The notes beneath the pieces were generated by a model. That model was not told the DNA's origin. It saw only the letters and a list, made by a program, of their open reading frames with translations, and searched no databases. Shown piece by piece: positions 1 to 30,604 of a DNA stretch of 64,000 nucleotides; the first letter of the stretch is position 1; the number at the start of each line of letters is the position of its first letter. The position numbers and the translations under genes are program-made. Source of the DNA: Antedon mediterranea (lineage: Eukaryota; Animalia; Echinodermata); contig NC_092675.1 in the NCBI RefSeq assembly GCF_964355755.1, positions 17,952,912-18,016,911 of the forward strand, given 5' to 3'.

Positions 1-338
1 AAAGATTCAAGATTTATACTACTAAAATATAAATTGTGTAGATTATGTGTATATTTACAGGGTTGCCACCTTTGACAGTGAATGAACTCACTTTTTCCTA
101 CCCTTGGAATTGGCCTATATGCGAATAATAATCAAAGGAGTAACAGTGCATTTATTTGTCTTTATCCTAGGCTGCTATATATGGCATGTCTCAAAGCGTT
201 CCAGATCGATCAATGGTGAGTGAAATTGCTCAAGTGTTCTTGGATTCCTGCTTTAGCACAGGACCACTAGCAACTAATGGAACCACCAACTAAAAGAATT
301 ATAGCTGTGGTGAGAGTAGCTATCATTTCATGATTAGT

Positions 339-437
339 TACACTATCAAACTCAATATGAAAAAAAAATGTGCCCATATATAGACATGATGAGGTAATTT
401 TTGTCAAACTAGTTTGATAGTGTATACAGAGCTTTAA
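339..437. mobile_element. Short palindromic MITE family, copy 1 (partial)
   Basis: ACACTATCAAACT...AGTTTGATAGTGTATACAGAGCTTTA; same family as 2741, 17831 and 22353. Confidence 0.65.
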
Positions 438-964
438 ATGGGTTATATGGACTTCTTTAACCCCCTCTTCCTTTATTTTAATGTATTTTATGTTCTCAAA
501 AAATATCCAAAGTAAACTTATTTAGCTCGAATTGTGAACTAATTTAGTTGAGTATTATGCAATGAAACTATTAGCAAGATTTTATTTTGGAACGGGAGAC
601 AAAGATGAAATTAATGGAATAGTCTTATACAATATGCATGCGCAAAGTAATATTTTTGTCCTGAAGCAAAAGCTCATTATTAGCTTACATACACCATTTT
701 TAAAATGCGGAATTGTTAAACGCCGTATTGTATTGTTTCTTTATTTATGTTCTCTTTTTAGAAAGCGATAACAATGCAAGTATTGCGCAATCAATGCAAA
801 TTTAATTTTTAGACTTATGATTGGATAGAATATTAGATAGTACAGTATATAGAATTAGATATGTATATGTTATATGGTAGTTATCACAGTTTGATTGCAC
901 TGTATTTGTAGTTTAATCTTGTTTTAAAATGATATTATGTTGTTTACGGTAATTCTCTGTCATA

Positions 965-1458
965 GGCTTCTTTCACACCAAAACTCAAGAGACACCCCGG
1001 GGTTTATGACCATTCAAAACATTGAGAAACTCCGGAGATACCCCTTTCACACCAACCTAGCAACACCAGGGTTTATAAAATGAAATTGTTAATGTCGCCC
1101 TCTATTTTGTTTGTTTACATAGCGATGATCATTAGAATCATTTTAATTAATAATATTTTTAATTTAATAATTACTTTCAAAAGTCTCAGAAGTAATATAA
1201 TGTTTTATTGATACTACTTATTATTTTCTAGACCCTCTATATATTTTGTACAAATATTTAAAGTTTTTTGAAATAAAACTAAAGCAATGAGTGATCGTAT
1301 GAGGATGACCTTTTGACCTAAAACTCCGGAGCATTGATGTTGGTACCTTTCACACCAAAACACCGGGGTGTCCCCGCAATTCGCTCTCCGGAGAATGTTC
1401 AGCTGTTCAACCCCGCAGTTTTAAACTCCGGAGTCGCTTTTGGTGTGAAAAGGGTATC
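965..1458. mobile_element. Non-autonomous DNA transposon (Harbinger-like MITE)
   Basis: TTTCACACCAA repeated at ~971, 1045 and 1348, and inverted (TTGGTGTGAAAAGGGTATC) at 1440-1458; recurring AAACTCCGGAG motifs. Confidence 0.6.
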
Positions 1459-1506
1459 TTATACCAAGAATGGTATCAAGAGTAGAGTGCATCCAAGAAT
1501 TGAAAT

Positions 1507-1703
1507 TAAAATGTACTAAATGTCTAATAAAGCCATATCTTATCTCAACGACCATTGTAGAAGTTGGGGAAAACAGCCCTCTCTTGAATTTACTCTCCAT
1601 GATTTAAATTTAAATGTACTAAATGTCCAATAAAGCCATATCTTATCTCAACGACCATTGTAGAAGTTGGCCCCCTCTCTTGAATTCACTCTCAATGATT
1701 TAA
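1507..1703. repeat. ~100-bp tandem duplication
   Basis: AAATGTACTAAATGTC(T/C)AATAAAGCCATATCTTATCTCAACGACCATTGTAGAAGTTGG...CTCTCTTGAATT occurs twice head to tail. Confidence 0.85.
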
Positions 1704-2740
1704 AAATCAAAGACAGTCATGGCACCTTCTTGAGCAACCAGAAGGCTTCTTATCATATTATCTCCTATAGCATGAAGTAAATGATTAAAATACACTACCG
1801 TTCTTGAATTTAAACTCTAAATAACCAAAAACCAACACTGTCATGCGAGTTCCAAAATGCTAAACTTCCAAACTTGTTTGTAGCTTTCCAAATTTTAATG
1901 ACTGCCCTGATCCTTCCTATACAGAGCAATACTAAACCATTTTAATGCAAACTGTGGTAACTAAACTAAACTATTTGTACTGTTAAATTAAGGTGTTTTG
2001 CACGTCTAGTTCTGTTTATGTATTTATTACAAAATATATAGTATATGTGATATTAATTTGGTTATATGCAGGTCTTGTGTAATGATAATGATAATAGGTA
2101 TATATATTATATAAATACAGTATAATGTAAATATTCAAAGACGCTAGTTTTAACTAACATTTTAATGCACTACAGGCTGTTTCATGATGAGAGTACCACA
2201 ATCTTCATGTGATTGGCTCTAAATGTTAAATAAAAACAAACATTACTCACTGTATTAGAGAGAAAAAATGTTTATCTTTTGGTTAGTTTGGGAGGAGAAT
2301 ACATAATGAATTTGATTGAATTAGAGTGTTCCGTTTTATAAAATTCAATACAGTAGTTGCTTGAATGCGAGAGTGCAGAATATGTGTGTATAATAAATGT
2401 GAAAGTGAAAAAAAAAATGTGTTTTTGTCTGTATGGTCAAGTCATTCTGGTATTGTAAGATTCACATTAAAATGTAACAGATGTAAGACCCACTTAAATT
2501 TAAAGAGTAAGGTTGAAGCAATAAAAATACAGTTATATAATTATGCGCCATGTTACATATATTTTATCTCCAGCCTCCTAGAAATATTACGACGCACTGA
2601 CCTCTCTAGGATATCACATGGGCTTCTTTCAGTTATCCACTTATTTCAAAAGTTCATTGTTCATTATAAAGTTCACTAGGCCCTTTAATCTGAGAAGTGT
2701 GCAGTCTTTGAATCAATCCCAGTACGAATCGAACTCGGTC

Positions 2741-2895
2741 TAAAGCTGTCTACACTACTAGTTGACAAAAAAGTGTGATGTGCCCAAATATGGTAGTGAT
2801 ATGCCCATATATGGTAGTGATATGACAACATGTCCATATATGAGCACATCACATTTTGTTGTCACATAAAGTTTGATAGTGTCGACAGAGCTTTA
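2741..2895. mobile_element. Short palindromic MITE family, copy 2
   Basis: Ends AAGCTGTCTACACTA and TAGTGTCGACAGAGCTT; internal GTGATGTGCCCA(A/T)ATATGG repeats. Confidence 0.75.
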
Positions 2896-5585
2896 AACGA
2901 CTCACCAACTCGCTTGATATGACAAACCTACACATTTACTACAAAACAACAAACATAATCAAAAGACCTGAAATGAATTTCTGTTATTAATTTTATTGAT
3001 GCATGATTTATTGATTATAATGCAGCTTAAGTTTAAGTGCAATAAACTAAAACTAACATAAATGAATGACTTAAAAAATCTTAAATTAAAATTAGCAACA
3101 AAAACATAATAATAGAATCAGTTTGTTTCTTGATAATAAAAATACTAAATGTCTTTAGATAATAATTGTCAAGTATTATCAATAGATATTCATTATAATT
3201 ACATACAAAATGCATGTGTACCTGGAAGTATGTACAGTATATATTGTGTATTGAAAAACCTATAATATACATATTACTTAATAAGATCTTTGTTTCTTTC
3301 ATTCTCAGTAAAATTTAACAGTTTTATTTCTCAATTCTTTAAAATATAACTTCATACAAAAACAACTAGCTACACTTTGAACATACACTGCAAACCATAT
3401 TAAAGGAAATTTAATTTCGCATTCTCTTTATTTACGAGTCATCTAAAAGGAGGATTTCTTTTTCTACCAAAGTATGAAGCCAATCGCCATGAAAACATGA
3501 CAATTCTGTCAAGTTTGGATAGCTAATTGGACCAGAGCAGCACCAACATATCTTGGTCTGCTTTGCCATATGGATCATGCACCAACAACTTGTACAAATT
3601 TTTCTGATACAGTATAAAAGCATGGTAGGTTTGAATATTGAGCTATCCATGCCATTTGAATTTAGGATCCTGCCTAAATTTTTGTTATTGCATGATAGCA
3701 AATTATTCTGGCCAAAACAATAGTTAAATCATTTGTGTGTTTATTGTGAATAAAATTTAATACTAGAAAGCATGTACTAGAAAAAGAGTGCCTTAAAACG
3801 TCTACTCCACATGATCGGACTTCATTCAGAAGAGAGGAAATATAGTTACAGATTTCCTGAATGAATGATAGGCTTGGTTAAATATCTTATTTGAAGAAAA
3901 AAAAGAAAATTAATATTTATTAGTGCCTCCCTGAGCTTTTATGCGATTTAAAATAAAAATGATAAATTATTTTTCCTTTAAAAAATACTGTACAAGTTAT
4001 TAAAAACACAATTGGCAACATTTGATTTTTGACAATCATCATTAAAATAGTTTATCTAAAATTTTAAAGTTAAAATTACAACAACAAAAAACAATTTTAT
4101 TAGGAAAAATATACAATGTAGCACACAATTTAAATATGGTAATTCAAAATGAATACCATATCAAATATATACAAACATGAATCTAACATACTACATTTCC
4201 TAACAAAGGCACAGAGTATAATAAAAGATGCAGAGGAGTCAAGAGTTTGTTAGGAGTGAGTAGATGCCTGGAATTCCAATAAAAGTCAAAGGTCATTAAT
4301 ATATAAAGTAGGAATGAGGCTGCTTGTCAACAAGTTTGCATTTGTTTGGTACCATATGTGACCATCATAGGTTGATTCACAGTTCTCCAAGTCTGTCATA
4401 ACAGACTCCTCAAATATTAGTAGGCCTATTGCAATACATTCTAATTTGTGCAGGTATAATGTAACACAGAACATAATTGGTCAGAAGGAGAATATTTCCA
4501 TGTTAAAGTACAACCAGCCAACTGATAGGCTCCCATCTTTTCAGCATATTAACATCCCAAAATCAACAACATATTATCATACTGTGAACAGAAATGGTAT
4601 AAGTTCATTTATATCTGTACAGTAAATTACTGATGAATTTATATCTTTATGGTATATATAATCACAATGTTTATAGTGATTCATAGAGTGTACACTATAA
4701 ACATGACTTTTGTTAAAAACGGGTACTGTAATGTTGTAAAATATAAATAATCAATTTGACAGCAGTGAATGCAATTACTACATGGCAGCAGGATGTACAG
4801 TATAATCAACATTTATACATTCATCAATTTTATAATTTCAAAAAGTTATTAAAATAGTTCACTCAGATGTCAAATGAAACTATTAATGTAAATTTGAAAT
4901 GGTTAGTGTACTATACTTTATTACTATGGTAACAATTTGAATGGCTTAGGGAAATACTAAATTAAAATATTCAAATGGCAAACACAGGTAAGCCTACTGT
5001 CACAGTGTCAGTAAATGTTGATGTAATATTATTGTTCAAATAAGATGTTCTGTTGTAAATAACAACATTGGAATATAAAATCCTAGCACTTGTTTTTAAT
5101 ATCAGCGAGAACATTTTAAATATACTAATTAGGGAAAATGAACTCTGACCCCCTGCATCCTTCCTCCATAGCAACAACAGCTTATTCTATATTAAGAAAC
5201 ACATCATATCATCATATTGCTCATTAATCAAAAACATTAGGGAAGTTCTACATTAACACTTTTTTCATCAATTTAAAACTTGAACATAAACAAACCTACT
5301 TGATATATAACAGTGTTAATTATTAAAGGAAGACATTTTCAGTCTATATTTGTATACGCTTAAAGCTATTGACTGCAATAAGCCTAGACAGAAGGCTATG
5401 CTTTGGCCTATATGCTATACATACCATATATGGTAATGCTTTGAAATATTAAATAACTACTATGTATATATTATGTAAATGATATTTTATACATCAAGCA
5501 GCATGAATAATGAGATGTCATTTAAGAAAATTAATTTTTAAAATACTTTGACAATATTTTATAATCAATTAAGTAAATCAAATAA

Positions 5586-5587
<2 letters not shown>

Positions 5588-5634
<47 letters not shown>
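5588..5634. repeat. (TA)n microsatellite
   Basis: About 23 uninterrupted TA units. Confidence 0.95.
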
Positions 5635-5637
<3 letters not shown>

Positions 5638-6069
5638 TTTTTTATGTAAACTTTTATCTAATAATGATAATATAAATACACATGCATACAGAATGATGGC
5701 AAATTCAATTAATGTTGTTCCCTAGATTTCCAAACAATATATGTAAACATTGAATTAATGTTTGTAATGTCAAACATCCTAAATATAGGATGCAATCTGT
5801 CAAATGCATATGATTTATCATTCAGAATTTGTTTCTGATAATTACATCATATGTTACTGCATAAAATACTACATTTTATTTTAGAGTTAAATTAAACACT
5901 GTATTGTATGGCCACAATGTGATAATTAATTTTGGAGATTTGTCTCACAATAGATCCAAATTAGGTATTTTACACAGAAATGTTTGTGTTTTGTAAAAGG
6001 TCAGCTGAACTAGTAAATGTAGGTTACCTGCTAAATATTACAATTACAGGGTACGTAATAATGTTTTGG

Positions 6070-6214
6070 TATGTTTTGATCGTCCTCAGGAATGAGGACG
6101 ATCAAAACATATTGATCGAAACGTCGAGAAACTCAACAGTTCTTTTCAGAACTAATGTATGTGATGTACCGCAAACTTTATATCAACATTTGATTTCGCC
6201 ATGCAAACCTTCAA
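6070..6214 (+). mobile_element. Penelope-like element remnant with a hammerhead motif and an inverted 5' junction
   Basis: TGAGGAC-GATCAA..TTGATC-GAAACGTC-GAG at 6093-6128; 6093-6214 matches the reverse complement of 49107-49225. Confidence 0.7.
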
Positions 6215-6789
6215 GTTTTAGTTAAAAACCCTCCCTATATCTTTCATTGTATCTGGTGGATTACATGGGTAACATACTCTGGATATCCAAGTGCACTATA
6301 TGTGACATTATAACTAAGATTTAGCCTCTGAAAAAGATGGTCTGAGCAATTGTTGTAATACCAAAGAAAATGGAAATTACATGGAAACAAACTATTGAGA
6401 TTTACTAAAACATATTGAAAATTAGGTTAATTTCCCTCATATTTTAAACTCAATTTTACACTTTACAGAATAAACCACCATACAAATATTGTTTTCCTAT
6501 AAATCCATATTATGACATTAGCACATGTTCTGAAAACTATGATAACATTATAATTAAAATACATCTAGTTTGCATAGTTTAAACTTTGGTTTCTTTAGGC
6601 TGTTATGTGACAGAGATCTTATGAGAACCTCTGTGCTGTTATGAGACAAACATACCTCACAACAATACTTAATATATATGATACTTATTTCTCTAATTTC
6701 TTATCAAGCTAAAATAAACATAAATGATCACATAAAAGATGTTATTTTGTTTTCTAATATACACAGCAAGCAATAACATCTTCGAAAGA

Positions 6790-7280
6790 TTGTGTAGTGT
6801 TGAGATAGCAAACAATATAAATTACATGTATTATGTAATCTATAAACAAAACAATGTTGTATACAATAATGTAGTGTTGTGATAATAAACAATAAATTAC
6901 AAACATTATATAATCAAACAACGAAAAATAATCGTGTTGTTTAAAATAATGTAGTGTTGTGAAAGTAAACAACAAGTACAAGCATTATGTAATCTATAAA
7001 CAAAAATAATCAGTGTTGTTTAAAATAATGTAGTGTTGTGAAAGTAAACAACAAGTACAAGCATTATGTAATCTATAAACAAAAATAATCGTGTTGTTTA
7101 AAATAATGTAGTGTTGTGAAAGTAAACAACAAGTACAAGCATTATGTAATCTATAAACAAAAATAATCAGTGTTGTTAAAAATATTAAAAATGTAGCATT
7201 TAAAAAAAAACAAATAAATGAACAACACAAATTATAAGCATTAATAATATGTAAATCTACAAACAAATAATCAGTGTTAT
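6790..7280. repeat. ~78-bp minisatellite (3 near-perfect units at 6934-7168 plus degenerate flanking units)
   Basis: Unit GTGTTGTTTAAAATAATGTAGTGTTGTGAAAGTAAACAACAAGTACAAGCATTATGTAATCTATAAACAAAAATAATC. Confidence 0.9.
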
Positions 7281-9308
7281 GAATTTTATCTTCAAAAAAA
7301 GTTTGAAATCAAAATCAGATTTGCTAAAATGCAAGGAAAATACATCAAATTTCATTTTATTCAACTAAAAAAATATGGAAAGTGTAAAATATGTTATAAA
7401 AATCAAGGTTACAAACGTATATAATATGAATACATCACTTGTTGATATTATATATATTATAGGAAGTATTTAGTACAAGTTTCGTCTAAGATACAGTGTT
7501 TATTCACAAAAAAACATTATAATACTCATAGCTAGGAAGCAGTTAAGTTTGTTAATTAATTTATACTATTGCTGTATACATAATTAGTTTCTTTTCCAAA
7601 TCCAAATTATGATGAACGTCAAAATACATAATAATCCAAACAGTAAGTTAAATCATTTTTGTTAAGCTACCCCATCTTGCAAGGGCAAGGATACACTTTA
7701 TCTTAAATCTAACTACAAAAACATATCTACAATTTATTAAAATGTTCCATTATTACAACGTTAAAATCTACAAATATTAGTATCAATAATATTATCAATA
7801 TTTATATTATATTCTTTATGCAATTAAAATAGTACATTATGACTACCTAGGTATATACACATCAAAAGACTAGTTGTTAAATAAACTCCAATATCGGTGC
7901 GTCCTCTATTCTATAAAAAGTGTTTACATACATACGCACATGACTTAAATCTTATGGAAATACCTTGAGAAATGTGAAAGGCATTCTCATAGACTCAACC
8001 TACTTAAACAAAATAAAACCATATACACACAAAATTGTTTTATAAATAAGCAAACGAGAGAGGTGGTGGTACTATTTTGCTGTGCAATTTAGTTCCACAC
8101 ACTCTTTTTTATCTGTTACAAGATTTATAATATATAAATAGTTAAAACCTTTTATATTATATAAGTTCAATATATAAACATTGCTGCTCCTCGTAAATCT
8201 AAAAATAAATGGACCATTGGCTGAGTTCTGATAATTTGCATAAGTATTTCTTTTTTAAATATGTTCATACTATATTGAATAAATTCATTAATTCCTGACT
8301 TATATATTCAAAGTAAAAATACATAAAAATTAAAGTTGATAATTTACACCCAAAACATTTTAAAAACTGAAAGTGACTGATACTGTAATAGTAATTTTAT
8401 AATTTAACAGTGTAAGAAAGTTTCAATTTTCACAACAACCAATATCTGTGACTGGGTTTTAGAGAAACACAAAATGAGTGAACGCATGATTCTCAAATAG
8501 ATACAGTAGTAGTGCATCCGTACATACTACAAAATTCTCCCGTGTGAGTTATACATTTAACTCGAAATTAAAGAGTTTGAATTATACAGTACAGAATCTT
8601 GTGATCACCTTTTCTTAGTTCTGGCCGTAGCAACTGAGTTAGATAAAACGAAAAAGTTGTCTTGGTTTATTGAGAATAATCAAACCATTTTTAAGTGGAA
8701 TATCTCAAACTTCTTTTCTATTTACCAATACTACTTTTTTTTAGCAATACTTTAAACAATGCTTTTAAAATCTGGAATTGTGAAAAGTATAATACACATC
8801 AAACAACTGGCAAAATGTTTCTGATAAAAAAAACATAAATTAAATAAATAGAAAACCAAATAAAGTACCTGTATACAGTTGTAATAGCACCTTGAAATCA
8901 ACTTGTTTTTCACAAAAATAAATACTAAAATACAAATCTTCCCATCAAACCAGTACTACAGAAACTTTCACTAACATACGACCAAAACAGGCCAATTTCT
9001 GTAGTTGTATTATAACCTACAAGGAAAGTGAATAACTTTTGTTTACAATGAAGATTGGTGGAATGCAGTCTAATCTATTGATAACAGGTACACATAAACA
9101 ACTTTCTTTTTCATGACAAATTCTGAATTGAGTTATAAAACAACCATGCTTAAAAACACATCACATACATCAAGCCAAAATTCTATTCATCCTTTTCTGC
9201 ATTTTTTTTGCAATAAGCGGAAGCACCTTTAAAGTTAAAACTAGACACATTTAAGTATACACGTTGAATAACAATTCGAAACAGAGCAGCTGAACTTGGT
9301 GAGAGGAA

Positions 9309-27696
<18,388 letters not shown>

Positions 27697-27819
27697 TTTC
27701 TGCGGATAACTTTATTAAAAAATCAAAACATAAGTCGGAAGCGTCTACGCACTGTACACAAAATGTTTAACAAGTTTGCGTGTTGGGTAGGAAGAAACGC
27801 TTGACAGGTGTCAAATAAA

Positions 27820-27895
27820 CTATGAAGGCGGGGTTAATTTCCAGATTAACCAATCAAATGTACAAGTAATTATGCTAATACAGACGACGTCACCA
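27820..27895 (-). promoter_or_regulatory. Putative ZCCHC24 proximal promoter
   Basis: GC box GGCGGGG at 27827-27833, CCAAT at 27850-27854 and CRE-like GACGTCA at 27886-27892, clustered 130-200 bp upstream of the ATG. Confidence 0.45.
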
Positions 27896-29160
27896 GAGAG
27901 TTTGTAAGACGAGATTTCGGATAACTCAAATAAACATTTTACCATTTGTTTATTCCAAAATCTTGCATGAACAGCGTTGATTTACATGTAAATCGATATT
28001 TTCAGTTATTGTTTATTTGCTATTAAACATTGGCCTTTTGGAGGATGTGTACAACATTAACAGGATATACTGAAGCGTGTGTGATAAGAACCTCCATTAA
28101 ACTGGCCATGACCAAAACTTATGACAGATACTGTAAACATGGATCTTTACTTCCATCAGACACGATCATTGTTTAAATTTGTTTAAAGGAAACATTTATG
28201 ATAAAAACATATATTACATTAAAACGTAAACGATGTAAACTGGAACACAATTGCTTTACAATATCAATCCTAGGTGCTTTAGACATGGAATAAAAAATTA
28301 GTAAAATTACCACTCCATGGATTTTGAGAGAATGGGGGTATAAACATAGTTGCTGTTGTATGAAAATGGTAAGCTAGTGAAAATCATGGTTTGCAGATTT
28401 TACAAGATGAATTGAGATCTTTCTAGACACCAGATGCATTGATGCTTTACCAGAGGATACATATATCAATACAATAAATGAGTGTACCATGTACCAAACA
28501 GACCAATATTATAAACCATGGTTATGTTCTTGTTGGTTTATTTTATTGATTGCTGCATAAACCGTTTTTATAAGAAAGCCAAGAACATAAAAGAATATAA
28601 GCTGGAATTATTTAAAATCAAGATTTTATATATTATAATATTTGACAAAAACAAAATTACGAGAAAACAAATTATATATTAGATAAATCATGAAAGATTC
28701 CACCGAACTAAAATAACAATAGTGAGGCATTTAATGAATAGGCAAACTGCCTTAAAATGTGACATGTTTCGAGAAACTATTCTCATCATCAGAACAGAAA
28801 ACAATGCCCAGAGTACTTGTATCAGGGAGTTGTAAGCAACTCCCTGCTTAAATAATAATGATAATTTATTTGGAGATAACACTTTTACAACAGTTGCACT
28901 CGACAAAATGGAAGGTGCATCCAAAAGAAAACAACAATTACAATAAAAAGTCGATGTAGGTCAACATGTCAAAACAATTCACCTACAGTAACTACAATAC
29001 CATTGATAATAATCACAACAGCAGCAGGAAACCCACTGACACCTAAAAATACAAAATTACAAGAAATAAACATATAGAATAGGTAAGAAACTGTACAATA
29101 TAAATGAATTGGGCAACAACAATGTAGACCTAACACTATAATGAGATAGATACCAATCAT

Positions 29161-29920
29161 TTAGTTTGATTGATATGAACAATACTCGCCTAGAACAATA
29201 CATCTGTGTGCCCATGCTCTTTTAACATAGTGCTTACAGTAACGATCAAAGACATTTGATATGGAATCAACGTCATACATATAATGTTAGTAGTTATCAG
29301 TTCCACCTACTGTAATACAAGATTTAATTTGGTGTTCAGGTCACCAGAGATAAAATCTTCCCATACATCTAAATGATTGATATCGATTAACATATATTCT
29401 AATTTTGTATATTCTTCAATCCTTATGCCATTGAGTTGGTTACATGTGAATAGAAAATGTTCAATGTCTTCTAGACCATTCTTACACATTTTACAGATAC
29501 CATCATAATCAGGAAGCCACTTACAACTCCTGTGACCTAAAGGAAGGGTGTTAGAACGTAGTTTGAATTTGAGAGTAGATCCTAGAAAGCCTGTACAATC
29601 CAATAAATATTCTTCAAGGCACGGATTAGACTTAGGCCTAATAAGAGAGTATGTCTGAAGTGACGATTTTCTTAGCATTTCACTTTTCCAAAATGCAATG
29701 TTTCAGTTTGTGTCATACATCAACTCTTTAAATCTCTTAACCCAATGACTATCAGGGTCATTGCCAAGGTAGGAAGTTGAGTCGATGTCCATATTAATAG
29801 ATGCACATGTCTTAGCAAAACTGGGAATCAGTTTATAGCGTGGTTTTACATTTGTAGTTGAACTTAGACACGTATTAAGCATAAAGTTAGGCCAACAGTG
29901 TTTATCCATGTTCATATACT
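29161..29920 (-). mobile_element. Degenerate 3' fragment of a non-LTR retrotransposon ORF2 (C-terminal zinc-binding region)
   Basis: KFKLRSNTLPL...CKMCKNGLEDIEHFLFTC (CCHC motif typical downstream of LINE RT), then ...YVKRAWAHR; interrupted by stops and frameshifts. Confidence 0.75.
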
Positions 29921-30604
29921 AATTATATATTCCATTAATGGTTCAAAGCTTGGAAGAAAGTATGAAGGCTAAATAAACTCCGATAAACAACAGAGGGCAG
30001 CATTAAAAATATCAACTATATTGCAATTAGAACAAATTTTGACAGGTGAAACAGAGACCACACAATGATATTATGGAAACAACCACACTGAGATTCGAAC
30101 CCATAATCAGAATGAAATGGTATGGTCTAATATTATAATATACAGAGTTATTTAATTTAAGGAAAATCAGCCACAAACAACCTCTAATCAGTATAATTAC
30201 TATTGTATACTTTTACCATAACATATGGGCACTACTATACATTTCTTTTTATTTCATTTATTTATTTGACCAACAAACCATAAGATAAAATATACAGAGA
30301 TAAATTGGTCAGGGACTGCTAAAGTAAATAAGATTACTGTAACTACAAGAGTCAGCAGTCCCTGATCTTAAGTAATATAAATTTATAATTTATACCGCAA
30401 CTTATCATTTTATCTTACAGTGATGTAATATGGTTAAATTATTATAGTATTATTAGTTTATACCATCAGTAAGTAAATTAACTTGTATTTCAACCACACT
30501 CAAATAAAAATTTAATATATTAGGAAACTTCTCCCAATTATCAGGAAACTTGGGAGATCTGACATGGCAATGGTCTTTCAAACTTTTGCTAAAACCAAGG
30601 ATGA

